Shown piece after piece: positions 51,863-63,822 of a stretch of DNA of 64,000 nucleotides. How positions within the stretch are numbered: position 1 is the first letter of the stretch; the number at the start of each line of letters is the position of its first letter. The notes beneath the pieces are model-generated. The model had not been told where the DNA came from. It saw nothing but the letters and a program-made list of their open reading frames with translations, and ran no database searches. Location of the stretch: the NCBI GenBank assembly GCA_964016885.1, contig OZ024742.1:45508001-45572000 (forward strand). The letters are read 5' to 3'. This stretch comes from Eledone cirrhosa (lineage: Eukaryota). The position numbers were made by a program, and so were the translations under genes.

Positions 51863-52174
51863 TTAACCCTTTTGATACTAAGCTGCCTGAAACCACCCTG
51901 GATTTGTGATACAAAATTGTTCATTTAAAAATATTTATCCTTATATGAAACCCTTCCACCATAATTTTATTTTAGAAATTTTTGTTAAGTAATGCTCTAA
52001 ATATCAACTTACTAATGAAAAGCTTAGTTATTTTATTTCATTCCTCCAAATGTTTCATTATTTTCAAAACGAATTTGAACATAAAAGCAGTGTATTTAAT
52101 TAGAAATATGGTAACAAAAGGGCTAATGACATAGGCAGTGTCTTTCATTAGAAATATGGAAATGAAAGGGTTAA
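51863..52174. mobile_element. TTAA-flanked MITE of a second family (remnants also near 2.6, 11.0, 23.9, 25.3 and 33.5 kb)
   Basis: TTAACCCTTT ... AAAGGGTTAA ends and a shared interior ending ATTAGAAATATGGTAA. Confidence 0.6.
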
Positions 52175-52978
52175 TCAGTGAAGGAATGGCATGCTCATGA
52201 CCTTTTCCAAGACATCTGTGGTTGGTGAGGGAGGGAAAGAGGAAGCTATTCTCAAATCGAAGACCTGGTACAAATGTTCGAAATAGAGTAGACTTTGCTG
52301 AAAGCACTCAATAGCCAAGTGGTGGTGTTAAACTAGGCAATGGATTAAGTCTACTGCCCAATAGGCCACAGTGGTATTTGAGCTGAGATTGCAAAGATCC
52401 TAAATGAATAATGTAAGGCACCTCATTAGATGTTCCAACAATTCTGCCAAGCCACAGCCCTAGAAAGGGACTTTATTTTATTGACTCTGAAAGGATGAAA
52501 CCATATTGACCATAGCAGGATTTGAACTCAGAATACAGAGAGCTGAAATAAATATTAAATCCTTCTCCAGCAGTAACCTGATGCATTTAGTGACAGACCT
52601 AAGCTTTGCTCTTCTACAAGCCGAAGATCATAAGCTTTTGAAGAATGGTCACTCTCTGATGGGTTTGTTGTTGAACCTGTAGCAATGGAGACTTCCGGCA
52701 TTCTTGGTCACTGGACCACCTCCCTCTCATTACTATCTACCAACACTAGTTCATCACACTATTGAAAAAAAAAAGTGAATATAATTAAAGATAAATTAAA
52801 GTTAACATATTTAATGCAAATGAACAGAGGCATAGCTGAGTGGTGAAGGAATCCACTTTCCTATATTTTAAATGTCTAGACAAGTCAGATACTCACTCTG
52901 TCTGAGAATTATGTTATGGGTACATGTGTCTAAGGAATACTCAGCCACTTAGATGTTAATTTAGCAAATAGGTATGTT

Positions 52979-53099
52979 CAGTGTTCGCCAACCGGTAGTC
53001 CGCGGACCAATGGTGGTCTCAGAGAAAATTTTGGTGGTCCTCGGTATTTAAAATTATGAATTTAGTGGTCCATAATGTCCGAAAGGTTGATGACCGTTG
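52979..53099. mobile_element. Old hAT-like MITE
   Basis: Degenerate CAGTGTTCGCCAACC / GGTTGATGACCGTTG termini and internal GTGGTCC repeats. No clear TSD. Confidence 0.45.
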
Positions 53100-53854
53100 A
53101 TTTAATTGATCTTACAACGGGGTGCTCATCGCGTCATTGATGCAGCATCTATCATATATTTAATGTAATAAGTATTAATTAAGCACTTGGTAAAAGATAA
53201 TATTGTTTTAATTATCAAAAAAATTATGGTGTAAACCATTTTATTAGACTTCTCCAATGAAACGGGTTTCATTCGTATTTGCCAAAGTATTGATGAGATA
53301 ACCACTGTGCTTGGGTCTTGAATAATCCCCCGCCCCCCGCGCTTATCAATTTTTCAGATTCCCTGCCCTCCTCCTTATTAAGTTTGGCTAATCTTTCTCC
53401 GGTGAAATTTTATTTCAAGTGGTAGCGGCAATTGATTTTCTTAAGACATTAAAAAAAGTTATACATGAGAAGAAAAAAAGAACATTACAAGAAATCCCAT
53501 ACGTTATAAAATAAGCAGGATGTGGTGTGGTCTCAATATGTAAACTAAACGACTAATATTGGTTTTTAAAAATATCAAGGGACTTAACCTAGAAAAATTA
53601 TCGATTTTTCAATATCACCCCATCCTATTATTTGGGACCCAAGAGTAAATGAACATACAAAATTGTACATTGTAGAAAATTAAAACCTTTACAGAATATA
53701 ACTAAATGTTCGGATATAGAAATAAAATGTGATATTCATATTTATTTCTACGGCAACAGTAGTTATGAAAAAGACGAAATAAATTTCAACTGGAAATCAA
53801 ATCAGGGACTCGACTGTTTAGAATCTTGCTTTCATCTAAAACAAACAAATCAAA

Positions 53855-54175
53855 TTATGTTCAATTACACCGGGCCCTGACTGACCGCTTCATCTTTGCA
53901 CCGGTCTACATTGAGACCTCTGGCATCCTTGGTCCCCGCACTGCTGATTTCCTCCATGTTCAATTACACCGGGGCCTGTCCGACCGCTTCATCTTTGCAA
54001 TGGTCTACATTAAGATCTCTGGCCTCCTTGGTCTCTGCACTGCTGTATTCCTCCGCAAAGTCAGAAAGATGGCGGCTCACATGAGGAGGGAACCCCGTGA
54101 GGTGGAGTGGCTGTTGCAGCGGGTGTCTCTGGTCATTCTCCACGGTAACGCTTTTGCCATTTTGTTGTGGGGGTT
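53855..54175 (+). mobile_element. CRE-like non-LTR retrotransposon C-terminal (restriction-like endonuclease) fragment with an internal tandem duplication
   Basis: FIFAPVYIETSGILGP..DFL ... EPRE.EWLLQRVSLVILHGNAFAIL fits the CRE-type F.P...ET.G..G / QR.S....GNA..I pattern. Related remnants at about 52590-52725 (EPVAMETSGILG) and 54780-55260. Confidence 0.62.
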
Positions 54176-54458
54176 GGCTGAGGCACAACTCAGACTGAGG
54201 TGTAGTGTCTTTTCTCCCCTCTCCCTTTCTTTTGTTACTTGATCCTTCTTTCCTTTTTTTTTTTTTTCCTTCATTTCCTGTTCCCTTTAATAGTGCATTT
54301 TTTTTTTATTAGATACTGCTCAATTATTTTCATATAATGTCAATGGCTTTTCATGACATTATGAAAAATGTTCTTAAAAATCTGCTAGAAATAAACAGCT
54401 GATAGAGTAAATAAAAAAAAAAAAAATTCATTTGTTTATTTTCGATAATCATTATTAT

Positions 54459-54648
54459 TGGTGGATTGGCAGTATCGGTAGAGGGTCGGACGCCATGCCT
54501 TGACGCATTGAGTTACGGCCCTTGCCATTCTGAGTTCAAATCCCGCCGAGGTTAACTTTACCTTTCATCCTTACGGGGTCGATAAAATAAAGTACCAATA
54601 ATGCACTGGGTAATTGCTGGCCTTGTGCCAAAAGTAGAAACAATTATT
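54459..54648 (+). mobile_element. tRNA-derived SINE (same family)
   Basis: Near full-length match to the 8470 unit. Confidence 0.85.
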
Positions 54649-55354
54649 ATTTTTTAAAGTGGGTTGGCTACAGCTGATGAGTTTAATTTAGTATACTAGT
54701 GGTACATATTTCATCAGCTTTGGCAACACTCAAGTCAACTTATTAAAAGTTAAGTACATAATTATTAAGCTCCTTGTGAGGTTCAGTGGTGTCGGCCTCC
54801 AATCCGCATCCGATCTGGCTCTGCCGGACTGCCTTTCCTCAATCTCCTTCAGTCGCACCCTCATCAGCGAGGTCCTCAGTAAGATGGCAGAAGCTGATTA
54901 ACCCAAGAGCTGGAGCAAGCTCTGGCCGACTTAACCAGCGAAGCTCCCTCCATCTCCCAGTATACAAATGTCCAACGTAACTGGGACGATCAAGTGCAGG
55001 TCTACTTTTGAGCAGATCGAGTCTGGCTTGGACCAACACTGCTTCGCTTCCCTCGCAGCTAAACAGTTGCGGTATGCTTCTTGATGACAAGTGCACTCGC
55101 ATCGATGTAGCTCAACGCCTCGGACTCCGTGCTCGTGAACCACATAAATGTCGTAATTTGTATCGATAGCAGCCTGTCTGAGGAAGGAGCCTCGTGTGGT
55201 GAGGTGGCTGTTGCAGCGTGTGCCATTGTCCGTGGGAACGCACTCGAAACACCACTTTGACCTAATTGTAGAGTCTGTCACCCTCTCTTCTTTCCCATCT
55301 CTTTCTTCTTTTGTCTAGTTGTCCTTCCTCTTTCTCTCCTTTTGTTCTTTTTTA

Positions 55355-57771
55355 TCCCTATATATATAAAACGGTAGATATCTGTCTGTGTGTGTGTGTA
55401 TGATTTTTATGCATTTCCACATTTCTGTACCGATGTTGATGATTTTTTTTCCAATGTGCTCCAAATTTACCAAGTCAGGTCAACGCGTAATAATTTTTGC
55501 CAAAAATTTCCTGCTTCTATGAAAAAAAAATCGATAAATCTAAATACATGCTGTAACCTTCTCTCTTACACGCTTCATTCCTCTCACTACTGCCATCAAA
55601 AATCTATGAAACTACATACATGTTGCAACTCTCTCTCTATATATCACACACACACACACACACATATACATCTAAAGAGAGAAAGTGGGATGTAGAGAGA
55701 GTGAGATAGGTCGTTATACAAGATAATCAGATAGACAGAGAGAGAGAGAGAGAGAATGGCGACAAACGCTGGTTCATACACACACACAAACAAACACATA
55801 TATATATAGACAGAGATATGGCTTAGTGGTTAGAGCATTGGCCTTGCAATCGAAAGGTTGTGAGTTCAATTCTCAGACCGGGTGATGTGTTGTTTCCTTG
55901 AGCAAGAGACTTTATTTCACATTGCTCCAGTTTACTCAGCTGTAGAAATGAGATGATAGGGACTGGGGTCTCTATCATTCCACTGCAAAGTGGTCGTGGA
56001 GGTGCCATGGCAAAAAAGCACCCAGCACTCACTGTAAATGAGGTTGGTGTTAGGAAGGGCATCCAGCTGTAGAAATCGAGCCAGAATCAGTTCCCGTCTC
56101 ACCCTTGCAAGCAGGGAAAAGTGGACGTAAAATGAAATGATGAATGAATGATGAGAGAGAGAGAGATCTGTGCTTTCTTTATTGTTCTCCATTCTGTAGA
56201 AGAGAGAGAGGGGGGGTATGAGTGAGAGAGAGAGAGAGAGGGTATGAGTGAATGAGTGAGAGAGAGAGAGAGGGTATGAGAAAAAAGAGAGAGGGGGTTG
56301 AGAAAGAAAGTTTAAGCAAAGAATCGCTGCTTTCAACATTAACGGGATCTTCTGAAACTAATAAATTCAATCTGTGAACGCAGAATTAAATATTTCGGGA
56401 AACATTGCAACCGAAGGAAAACAGGAAGATGATAGTTTGGTTCGTGAAGATGTTCCCTGTCAATGAACGGAAAAAAAGCGAGGATAATACGTCGTTATGT
56501 GGAGCGAGAAGAACAATTTCATGCAAAGACGAGACCAAGTTTATGGTATAAATGGAGTCATTAAACTAATATTCTATTTAAAATAATCGAATGATTTCCA
56601 GCCCCGGAGTTTAAGAATGATGTAAATAAAATTGTAAACGAAAATGACAGAGGTTATTAAAATAGTTGTTTCTACTTTTGGCATAAGGCTAGCATTACCC
56701 AGTACATTACTGGTAATTTATTTTATCAACCCCGTAAGGATGAAAGGCAAAGTTAACCTCGACGGGATTTTAACTTTGTCTTAAAATAGTAAAAGTAAAT
56801 AGTGAAGATTTAGGCCAGTACATACGTATGCGCCGACGGACATACACATACATATACATACGCACACACAAATACATACACACACACACACAAATACATA
56901 CACACACACACAAACACGCACGCACGTGCGTGTGTGTGTAAACCTTATACATTTCTAGAGTATTTTCACCAAACTTAAGACATAGGTTACTTATGTACTC
57001 CGGATGGTCATGGGCACTTTCATTTTTCCAGATATTGATTATAGGGCCTCCCGGCAGACAACCCCCTTCAACCACTTCCTTGAAGTCGACTGAAGCACTG
57101 CAGTGCAATGCAACAAAACGTCATAACTTCTGGAGTTCGCAACCGATTTTCACAAAACTTGACACATGGGCTACGTTTGTTCTACAGATGAATGTGAAAG
57201 GAACTTAACATTGTAACTTTAACACAGCTACTGAGCAGCCTCGAGCAACGCCGAGCTTTACTGCTATAGGCGATAAAGTTGTGCAGACACAGTCGTGCAG
57301 AGAGGTGATATAGGCGATAAAGTTGTGCAGACACAGTCGTGCAGAGAGGTGATATAGGCGATAAAGTTGTGCAGACAGACAGTCGTGCAGAGAGGTGATA
57401 GGCGATAAAATTGCATTTTTTTTTTTTTTTTCCATGTCCATCCAATTTCTTTGTTTCAAAATAACTGATATTTTGGTTACGCTGATGTTTTTCTCTGAGA
57501 CAAGTGTTGCAGTGTTTACATTTTCGATTTATGTTAATAGATTACCAGTGCAGTTTTTATCCCCAGCATCCTCTTTTGTTTTAACATTTGAGTTATGGTT
57601 GTTTTCTTAACTTCATAAGGCATATTGTTGGTTGAGTGAATATTAATCAAAAGTACCACATGAAAGTCTACATTATAGACTCTACAGTTTTTAAGCCAAG
57701 AAAGGAACTTAACATTGTAACTTTAACACAGCTATTGAGCAGCCCCGAGCAACGCCGGGCTTTACTGCTAG
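55355..57771 (+). mobile_element. Non-autonomous Helitron (3' part related to 16370-17409) with nested SINE/RTE fragments
   Basis: The 3' hairpin + CTAG|T at 57768-57772 matches the 16370 copy. Candidate 5' end A|TCCCTATATATATAAAA at 55355 is less certain. Confidence 0.65.
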
Positions 57772-58070
57772 TGACATATATAGTCCTTTCCAACACTTTT
57801 CTTTCTCTGTATAAAAGGATTCAGGGGAGACTACTGCTGGTAAATTACTAGTTATCTCCCTTAAAACTAGAATTTTCTTTACATTTTGAATAAAATATTG
57901 ATTATTTGAAAGTACGTAGACATTAAAAAATAATAATAATAAAAACCTTTAACATTTATAAAAGGGATAATTGTTTCAAATTTTTCCCGGTTATAAGTCA
58001 ATACATTATTTCATTTCATTCCAGGTTTTTAGTCTTATAATAACTGACATAATGTTATTATCGTTTTTAT

Positions 58071-58262
58071 GGCCAGTGGATTAGCAGTATCGGTAGAGGG
58101 TCGGACGCCATGCTTTGACGCATAGAGTTACGGCCCTTGCCATTCTGAGTTCAAATCCCGCCGAGGTTAACTTTGCCTTTCATCCTTATGGGGTTGATAA
58201 AATAAAGTACCAGTAATACACTGGGTAATTGCTGGCCTTGTGCCAAAAGTAGAAACAATTAT
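58071..58262 (+). mobile_element. tRNA-derived SINE (same family)
   Basis: Near full-length match to the 8470 unit. Confidence 0.85.
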
Positions 58263-58489
58263 CGTTTTTACGTCCGCATCTCCGTGTTGACATGGGTTGA
58301 CATGGGTAGTTTTTCTATGGTTAGATGTCCTTCCTGTCACTAAGTCACTCGATTTGTGAAGTATGGCATACAGCGGTCATCTTCATCAAATTACTATTGT
58401 GTAAAATGTATTGTTTATGTTGATGAGAAGGAGGGAAAACAATATATACACATACGTATACACGCATGCGCACACAACATATATGCATT

Positions 58490-59025
58490 ATAACCAGCTC
58501 AGCTCAGTCCTATACAATGATCCAGCCATGTCAAGTTCAGTCAAATTAAGCTCATCCTGATCCAGTCCACTCCAACTCAGTCTAGTCTAATCAAATCCAG
58601 TTCAAGCCAGTCTAACCCAGTCCACTCCAACATAGCCCCATCCAATCCAAATCAATCCAACCCAACACAGTCCAATCCCACCCAACCCAACCCAGTCAAA
58701 CCCTGCCTAGTCCAACCCAACCCAACCCAGTCAAACCCTGCCTAATCCAACTCAACCCAGTCAAACCCTGCCTAGTCCAACCCAAATAAACCCAACCCAA
58801 TCCAATCCAGTCCAACCCCATCCAATCCAACCCAATCAAGTCCAACCCAACCCAGTTTAACCCAATCCAACCCAACCCAGTCCAACTCAATCCAACCAAA
58901 TCCTATCCAACCCAATTCAACCCAATCCTACCTAATCCAGTCCAGTCCAACCAAATCCTACTCAATCCAGTCAAACCCAATCCTATTTAGTCCAAAACCA
59001 CTCCAACCCAGTCCACCTAGTCAAG
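58490..59025. repeat. Degenerate pentanucleotide microsatellite (CCAAC/CCAAT/CCAGT)n
   Basis: Seen directly in the sequence. Confidence 0.92.
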
Positions 59026-59332
59026 CAGAGGAATAATCATGCTCAATATGTAAAAAAGGAACTGATAGAAATTCCTTCATCATCGTTTAACGTCTATCTT
59101 CCACTCTAGCTTGGGTTAGACAAATTTGTCCCATTTGAGGCAATTTGGGTCGGTTGACCGTGTCTTGCTCTTATAGGACTGTTTCTGGCTGGTTTTCTAT
59201 GGTTGGATGTCCTTCATAATGCCAACCACATTTACAGTGTGTGCTGAGTGTTTTTTGCTGTGTCTCCATAGTGTACAAAATGTAAACTATGGGTACACGA
59301 GATCTCTGACAGGCTAATATAGAATGTAGACT

Positions 59333-60065
59333 ATAATAATAATAATGAAATTATTGTGTAAAGTGCTCAGGTCCACTACAACTCGTCAAAGGTGCATGTA
59401 TAGTACATAGAATAATATACAAATGTCAGGGAAGTGAATAGTGTATGAGTCATGATATACATGTGTGTATGTGTATGTGTATGGAGGGGGAACATAAAGG
59501 ATGCAGTGTCTCGACAGCTAACAACTGATGCAGGTAGTTTGTTCCATGCTTCAGCAACTCTGAGTGTGAAAAAATGTTTCCGAAAGTCATGGGAACTGTG
59601 CTGTTTTCTGACTTTGTGGGCATGTCCACGTGTGTTAGACACATGGAAATCAAAAAGGTACTCAGGGTTGTTGTTGGCAAGATGGTTAATAATTTTGTGG
59701 GTGCTTACCAAGTCAGTTGCCAGGCGTCGGAGCTACAATGTATCCATGCCCAAGGAAGCAAGGCGTTCAGAGTATGGTAGATGCCTGATGGAGGGTATTC
59801 GCTTGGTTGCACATTTCTGAACAGTTTCCAAGCGGTCAATGTTCTGAGCAAGATAGGGGTTCCAGACTGGTGATTTAAATTCTAAGTGTGGCCGCACCAT
59901 AGCCATGTACAGCCTTAAATAGATAGCTGGAGAGCGGCTGACAAAGGTCTTGCTGAGTGATGCTAAGACACCCTCGGCCCTCTTGACAATTTTAAAGACG
60001 TGCTTCGTCCAACACAAATCGCTGTTGACCGTAATACCCAGGTCACGTTCACAAGACGACTTCTT
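59333..60065 (-). mobile_element. CR1 3' fragment, same family as 47876-50530
   Basis: ERDLG, RSPAIYLRLYMAMVRPHLE, TRGHAHKVRKQHS, and the same 3' tail. Confidence 0.9.
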
Positions 60066-61544
60066 GTATGTGGCAAGTGCCCAGGTACAGTAAGTAACGA
60101 GCAGTCATATTATCAACTGCTTTGACAGTTCCTTAGAAGTATTTGCTTCAGATGTGGGTGTTCGAAAATTACAGTAGCTAGAGTGAGAACCAGGTGAACT
60201 GGCTATAAAGGGTTCCTTTCTCAGAATGAAAAGTAGATTGTATGATACATGTGTGAGTATTGTGATGCTGCATGGTAGTGAGGCTTGGGCTTTGAACACA
60301 GAGGATCTGCAAAGATTGACATGGGTTAGACAGGTTGTCAAGGTCTAAGGCTAGACAAGTCATAAAGACCTCATGTTGTTCATAAAATTCCACACAAATC
60401 TGAAATTGTAGGGTGACAATGATGATTTATTCCTATTTTTAACTCTGTAATATTTTAATGTCTACACACGCACAATGTAACTAATTATATATATATATAT
60501 AAAGGATTAAGAAGCACCAAAGAGTCAATATTCTTTTAAACTAACACATCTTTCAGCTGATAGAGCTTCATCTCGAGGATGTGATGTTACAAAATAAGAA
60601 ATTCTAAAAATTCTTTAAGAAAATTTTTTTTCTAAAAAAATTATTATCCAAATTTCCTTATGGTTTTATACTGTGACCATCAGGCATAGGCTCAACATCG
60701 GCATCATAACATTTCCTATTTGAAATTCTTTCTGTATATATTGTTGGAATGACCAAATTTGGTTTATTTTTCAACATAGCTCCTGGAAAGAAACAATGCA
60801 GTTATTAATAAGAAGAGTTGAAATTAATGCATGCAAGATTTCATGGCACTAGCACCACTCCTTCTTTCTCAGCTTATGAACTGTTCAGCCTACCCTCATA
60901 TTTTATATCCTCATACTTAACATTATACACTCACCCACTAATATGCCTGCTTTGCTTGAACCAAACTCAAGCTATTGTAACACTTCCTTCCTGTTGATTC
61001 ACCCCAGCCTGTGGAAATTTCTAGAATCTTTTAAGAAGGCTTTCTTTGTGTTATTGCCAGCTATTATTGTCCCCATATTTCTATTTTTATTATGATAGTG
61101 TGATTTCATTACAGAAAGGAACTAACATATCTTGTGTTCTCATCTGTCACTATTGTTATTACAGTGTTAATACATACACTCTTTTGCTTTACACACTTTC
61201 TTTCTCTTCCTTTACTTTTTCCTTTTATTTTTTATATTTTTTTCATCTTCTAGTAATTAGACAAGCACTCCATCATTGCCTTGGCTGTCCACAAACTTCA
61301 CAAACAATCACCACCTATAATAAGCAAAACAATATTTGTGAAGCAAGCAAGGCACACTTTAAAAGCAATTCAAACTTCCAAGAAAAGATGTAATGTTTAA
61401 TTAGGTCTGAACATATGCAATGATTAACCCTGAAAAAAATTCTGTGTAACTTCAGACAAGTATTTGAAAAAAAATAATAAAACAAAAAACACACAAAAAA
61501 GCTGTGGTTATTGTGATTGTTATTATAGGTATTCAATGTATGTA

Positions 61545-61615
<71 letters not shown>

Positions 61616-62248
61616 CTAGGTTTACTTTGAAGCTCTTTGATTGCAGATTTTGTTTCCATGTCTGGAACTTCTTTGCAGTTTCTCCTATGAGTGTTAGGTT
61701 ATTAGCATGGTGCTAAGTAAGCTATATATGTATTACACACACACACAGCACTCACCACACACACAAGCACACGCACACATTTTCTTTCTTACTGTAGTTT
61801 ATTTCAGTAGTTATCGAGCGATAGTCTTAACACCATATCTAATCATGGTTTAAAATAGAATTGTACAACATATGGTGTGCTGGGTGCCTGTAGCTCAGCA
61901 GGACACCATGTGCAGCCTGTGATGTATTTCGAAAAAATATTTACTTATAAGCAAATGCTAAGGGACAGCCTGTCATAAAATAACAGATAGGGAAGACATT
62001 GTGTACACAAGAGTAGAAGAAAGAACCTTAAAATGATTGTCTGCATCCCTAAACCAATGATTCATAATCTAAAATATATATGAGTCAATGTAAGCATTGC
62101 TCTGTGGTTAAGAAGTTTACTTTGAAATCATGTGGTCTTGGCTTCTATCCCACTGCATGGCACCTTGGTGGGCAAGTGTCTGTTGTTATAAACTCAGGCT
62201 GACTAATGCCTCGTGTGTGAATTTGGTAGAAGGAAACTTTAAGAAAGC

Positions 62249-62297
<49 letters not shown>

Positions 62298-62346
62298 CAA
62301 AAAGTGAAAGTCAACAGGTTTAAATTAACTTCATTTATTCATATTC

Positions 62347-62405
62347 GCTGTTATATATATTTTAGTGATATCTATTATGCAATAGCTTTGACCTCATCAG
62401 GCAGC
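62347..62405 (-). ncRNA. Decayed type I hammerhead motif
   Basis: Minus strand GCTGC-CTGATGA-GGT..(CTATT-GCAT-AATAG)..ACT-AAAA-TATATATA-ACAGC. GAAA has become AAAA, consistent with CpG decay. It lies between (TA)n tracts. Confidence 0.5.
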
Positions 62406-62526
62406 TAGAATTTGAACAGAAAAAACAGAAATACATAGCGATGGAATAGAGCTTACTTCTGTTATTTTGATCTTTTGATATGCTTAGTGCTGATGTTTGG
62501 TGTTGTTTTCCGATCTCTCGCTCTCT

Positions 62527-62758
62527 ATCTATATATCTATATCTATATATATATATATCTGTATATATATAGACATATATATATATATATATATATCTAT
62601 ATATATATATATATAGATAGATAGATAGATATATATATAGATATAGATAGATAGATATATATATAGATATAGATAGATAGATATATATATAGATATAGAT
62701 ATAGATAGATAGATATATATATAGATATAGATATATATAGATATAGATATATAGATAT

Positions 62759-62809
<51 letters not shown>

Positions 62810-63068
62810 TATATATAGATATATATAGATATATATATAGATATATATATAGATATATATATAGATATATATATATATAGATATATATATAGATATATAT
62901 ATAGATATATATATAGATATATATAGATATATATATATATAGATATATATATAGATATATATATAGATATATATATATATAGATATATATATAGATATAT
63001 ATATAGATATATATATAGATATATAGATATATATATAGATATATATATAGATATATATATAGATATAT
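62527..63068. repeat. Long (AT)n/(AGAT)n compound microsatellite
   Basis: Seen directly in the sequence. It accounts for the YI-repeat ORFs. Confidence 0.97.
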
Positions 63069-63288
63069 ACAATTAAGTTAAAGTGTACATCTACATATGT
63101 ATACGGAAGTATTAGTATGCATATAAATACACACATGTATACATATGTACATGTACTAAGTTTTTCACTAGACACTTTACAGTGAGTGTCAGCTAGTCTG
63201 TATGTAACCACACAGACGGACCGGGTTTTAGAGTCATACGAGTTTTCAAGGAAACACATTTCCTCTATTCTCCAGAGGGCCAGACAGG

Positions 63289-63333
63289 AATATTGGACTA
63301 GTTTCGATGTTATTACATCTCATCAGCAATATT
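63289..63333 (-). ncRNA. Type I hammerhead ribozyme, identical copy on the minus strand
   Basis: Exact reverse complement of 63778-63822. Confidence 0.9.
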
Positions 63334-63777
63334 TACCCATCTTCCGGCTTCTCTGGAGAATTGTAAAAGCACATATCGTTATATGCTTTTTCTATGAAAA
63401 TTAGTAGTGGGTAGACTAATTTGCATAGAACGTGAGTCATTGTACGCACCGGTTCAGCGGAAACGATAAAAACAAATAACAATATGTACATGTACATATG
63501 TATACATGTGTGTATTTATATGCATACTAATACTTCCGTATACATATGTAGATGTACACTTTAACTTAATTGTTTAAGCGTCAGTCATACAAAAGTGAGT
63601 TAGAAGCGAAACGAAATTTAATTTCGTTTCGTTATTTGTTTTTATCGTTTCCGCTGAACCGGTGCGTACAATGACTCACGTTCTATGCAAATTAGTCTAC
63701 CCACTACTAATTTTCATAGAAAAAGCATATAACGATATGTGCTTTTACAATTCTCCAGAGAAGCCGGAAGATGGGTA

Positions 63778-63822
63778 AATATTGCTGATGAGATGTAATA
63801 ACATCGAAACTAGTCCAATATT
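63778..63822 (+). ncRNA. Type I hammerhead ribozyme, consensus core
   Basis: Stem I AATATTG/CAATATT, core CTGATGA, stem II GATGT-AATA-ACATC, GAAA, palindromic mini stem III AC-TA-GT, and predicted cleavage after GTC (63815). Confidence 0.9.

Noticed and set aside
60540-60583. Minus-strand AGATGA-AGCT-CTATC-AGCT-GAAA hammerhead-like string near (TA)n
   Set aside because: The CUGA core is missing and there is no convincing stem I/III. Too weak to call.
62362-63259. 236-aa and 220-aa YI-rich ORFs
   Set aside because: They are translations of the (AT)/(AGAT) microsatellite.
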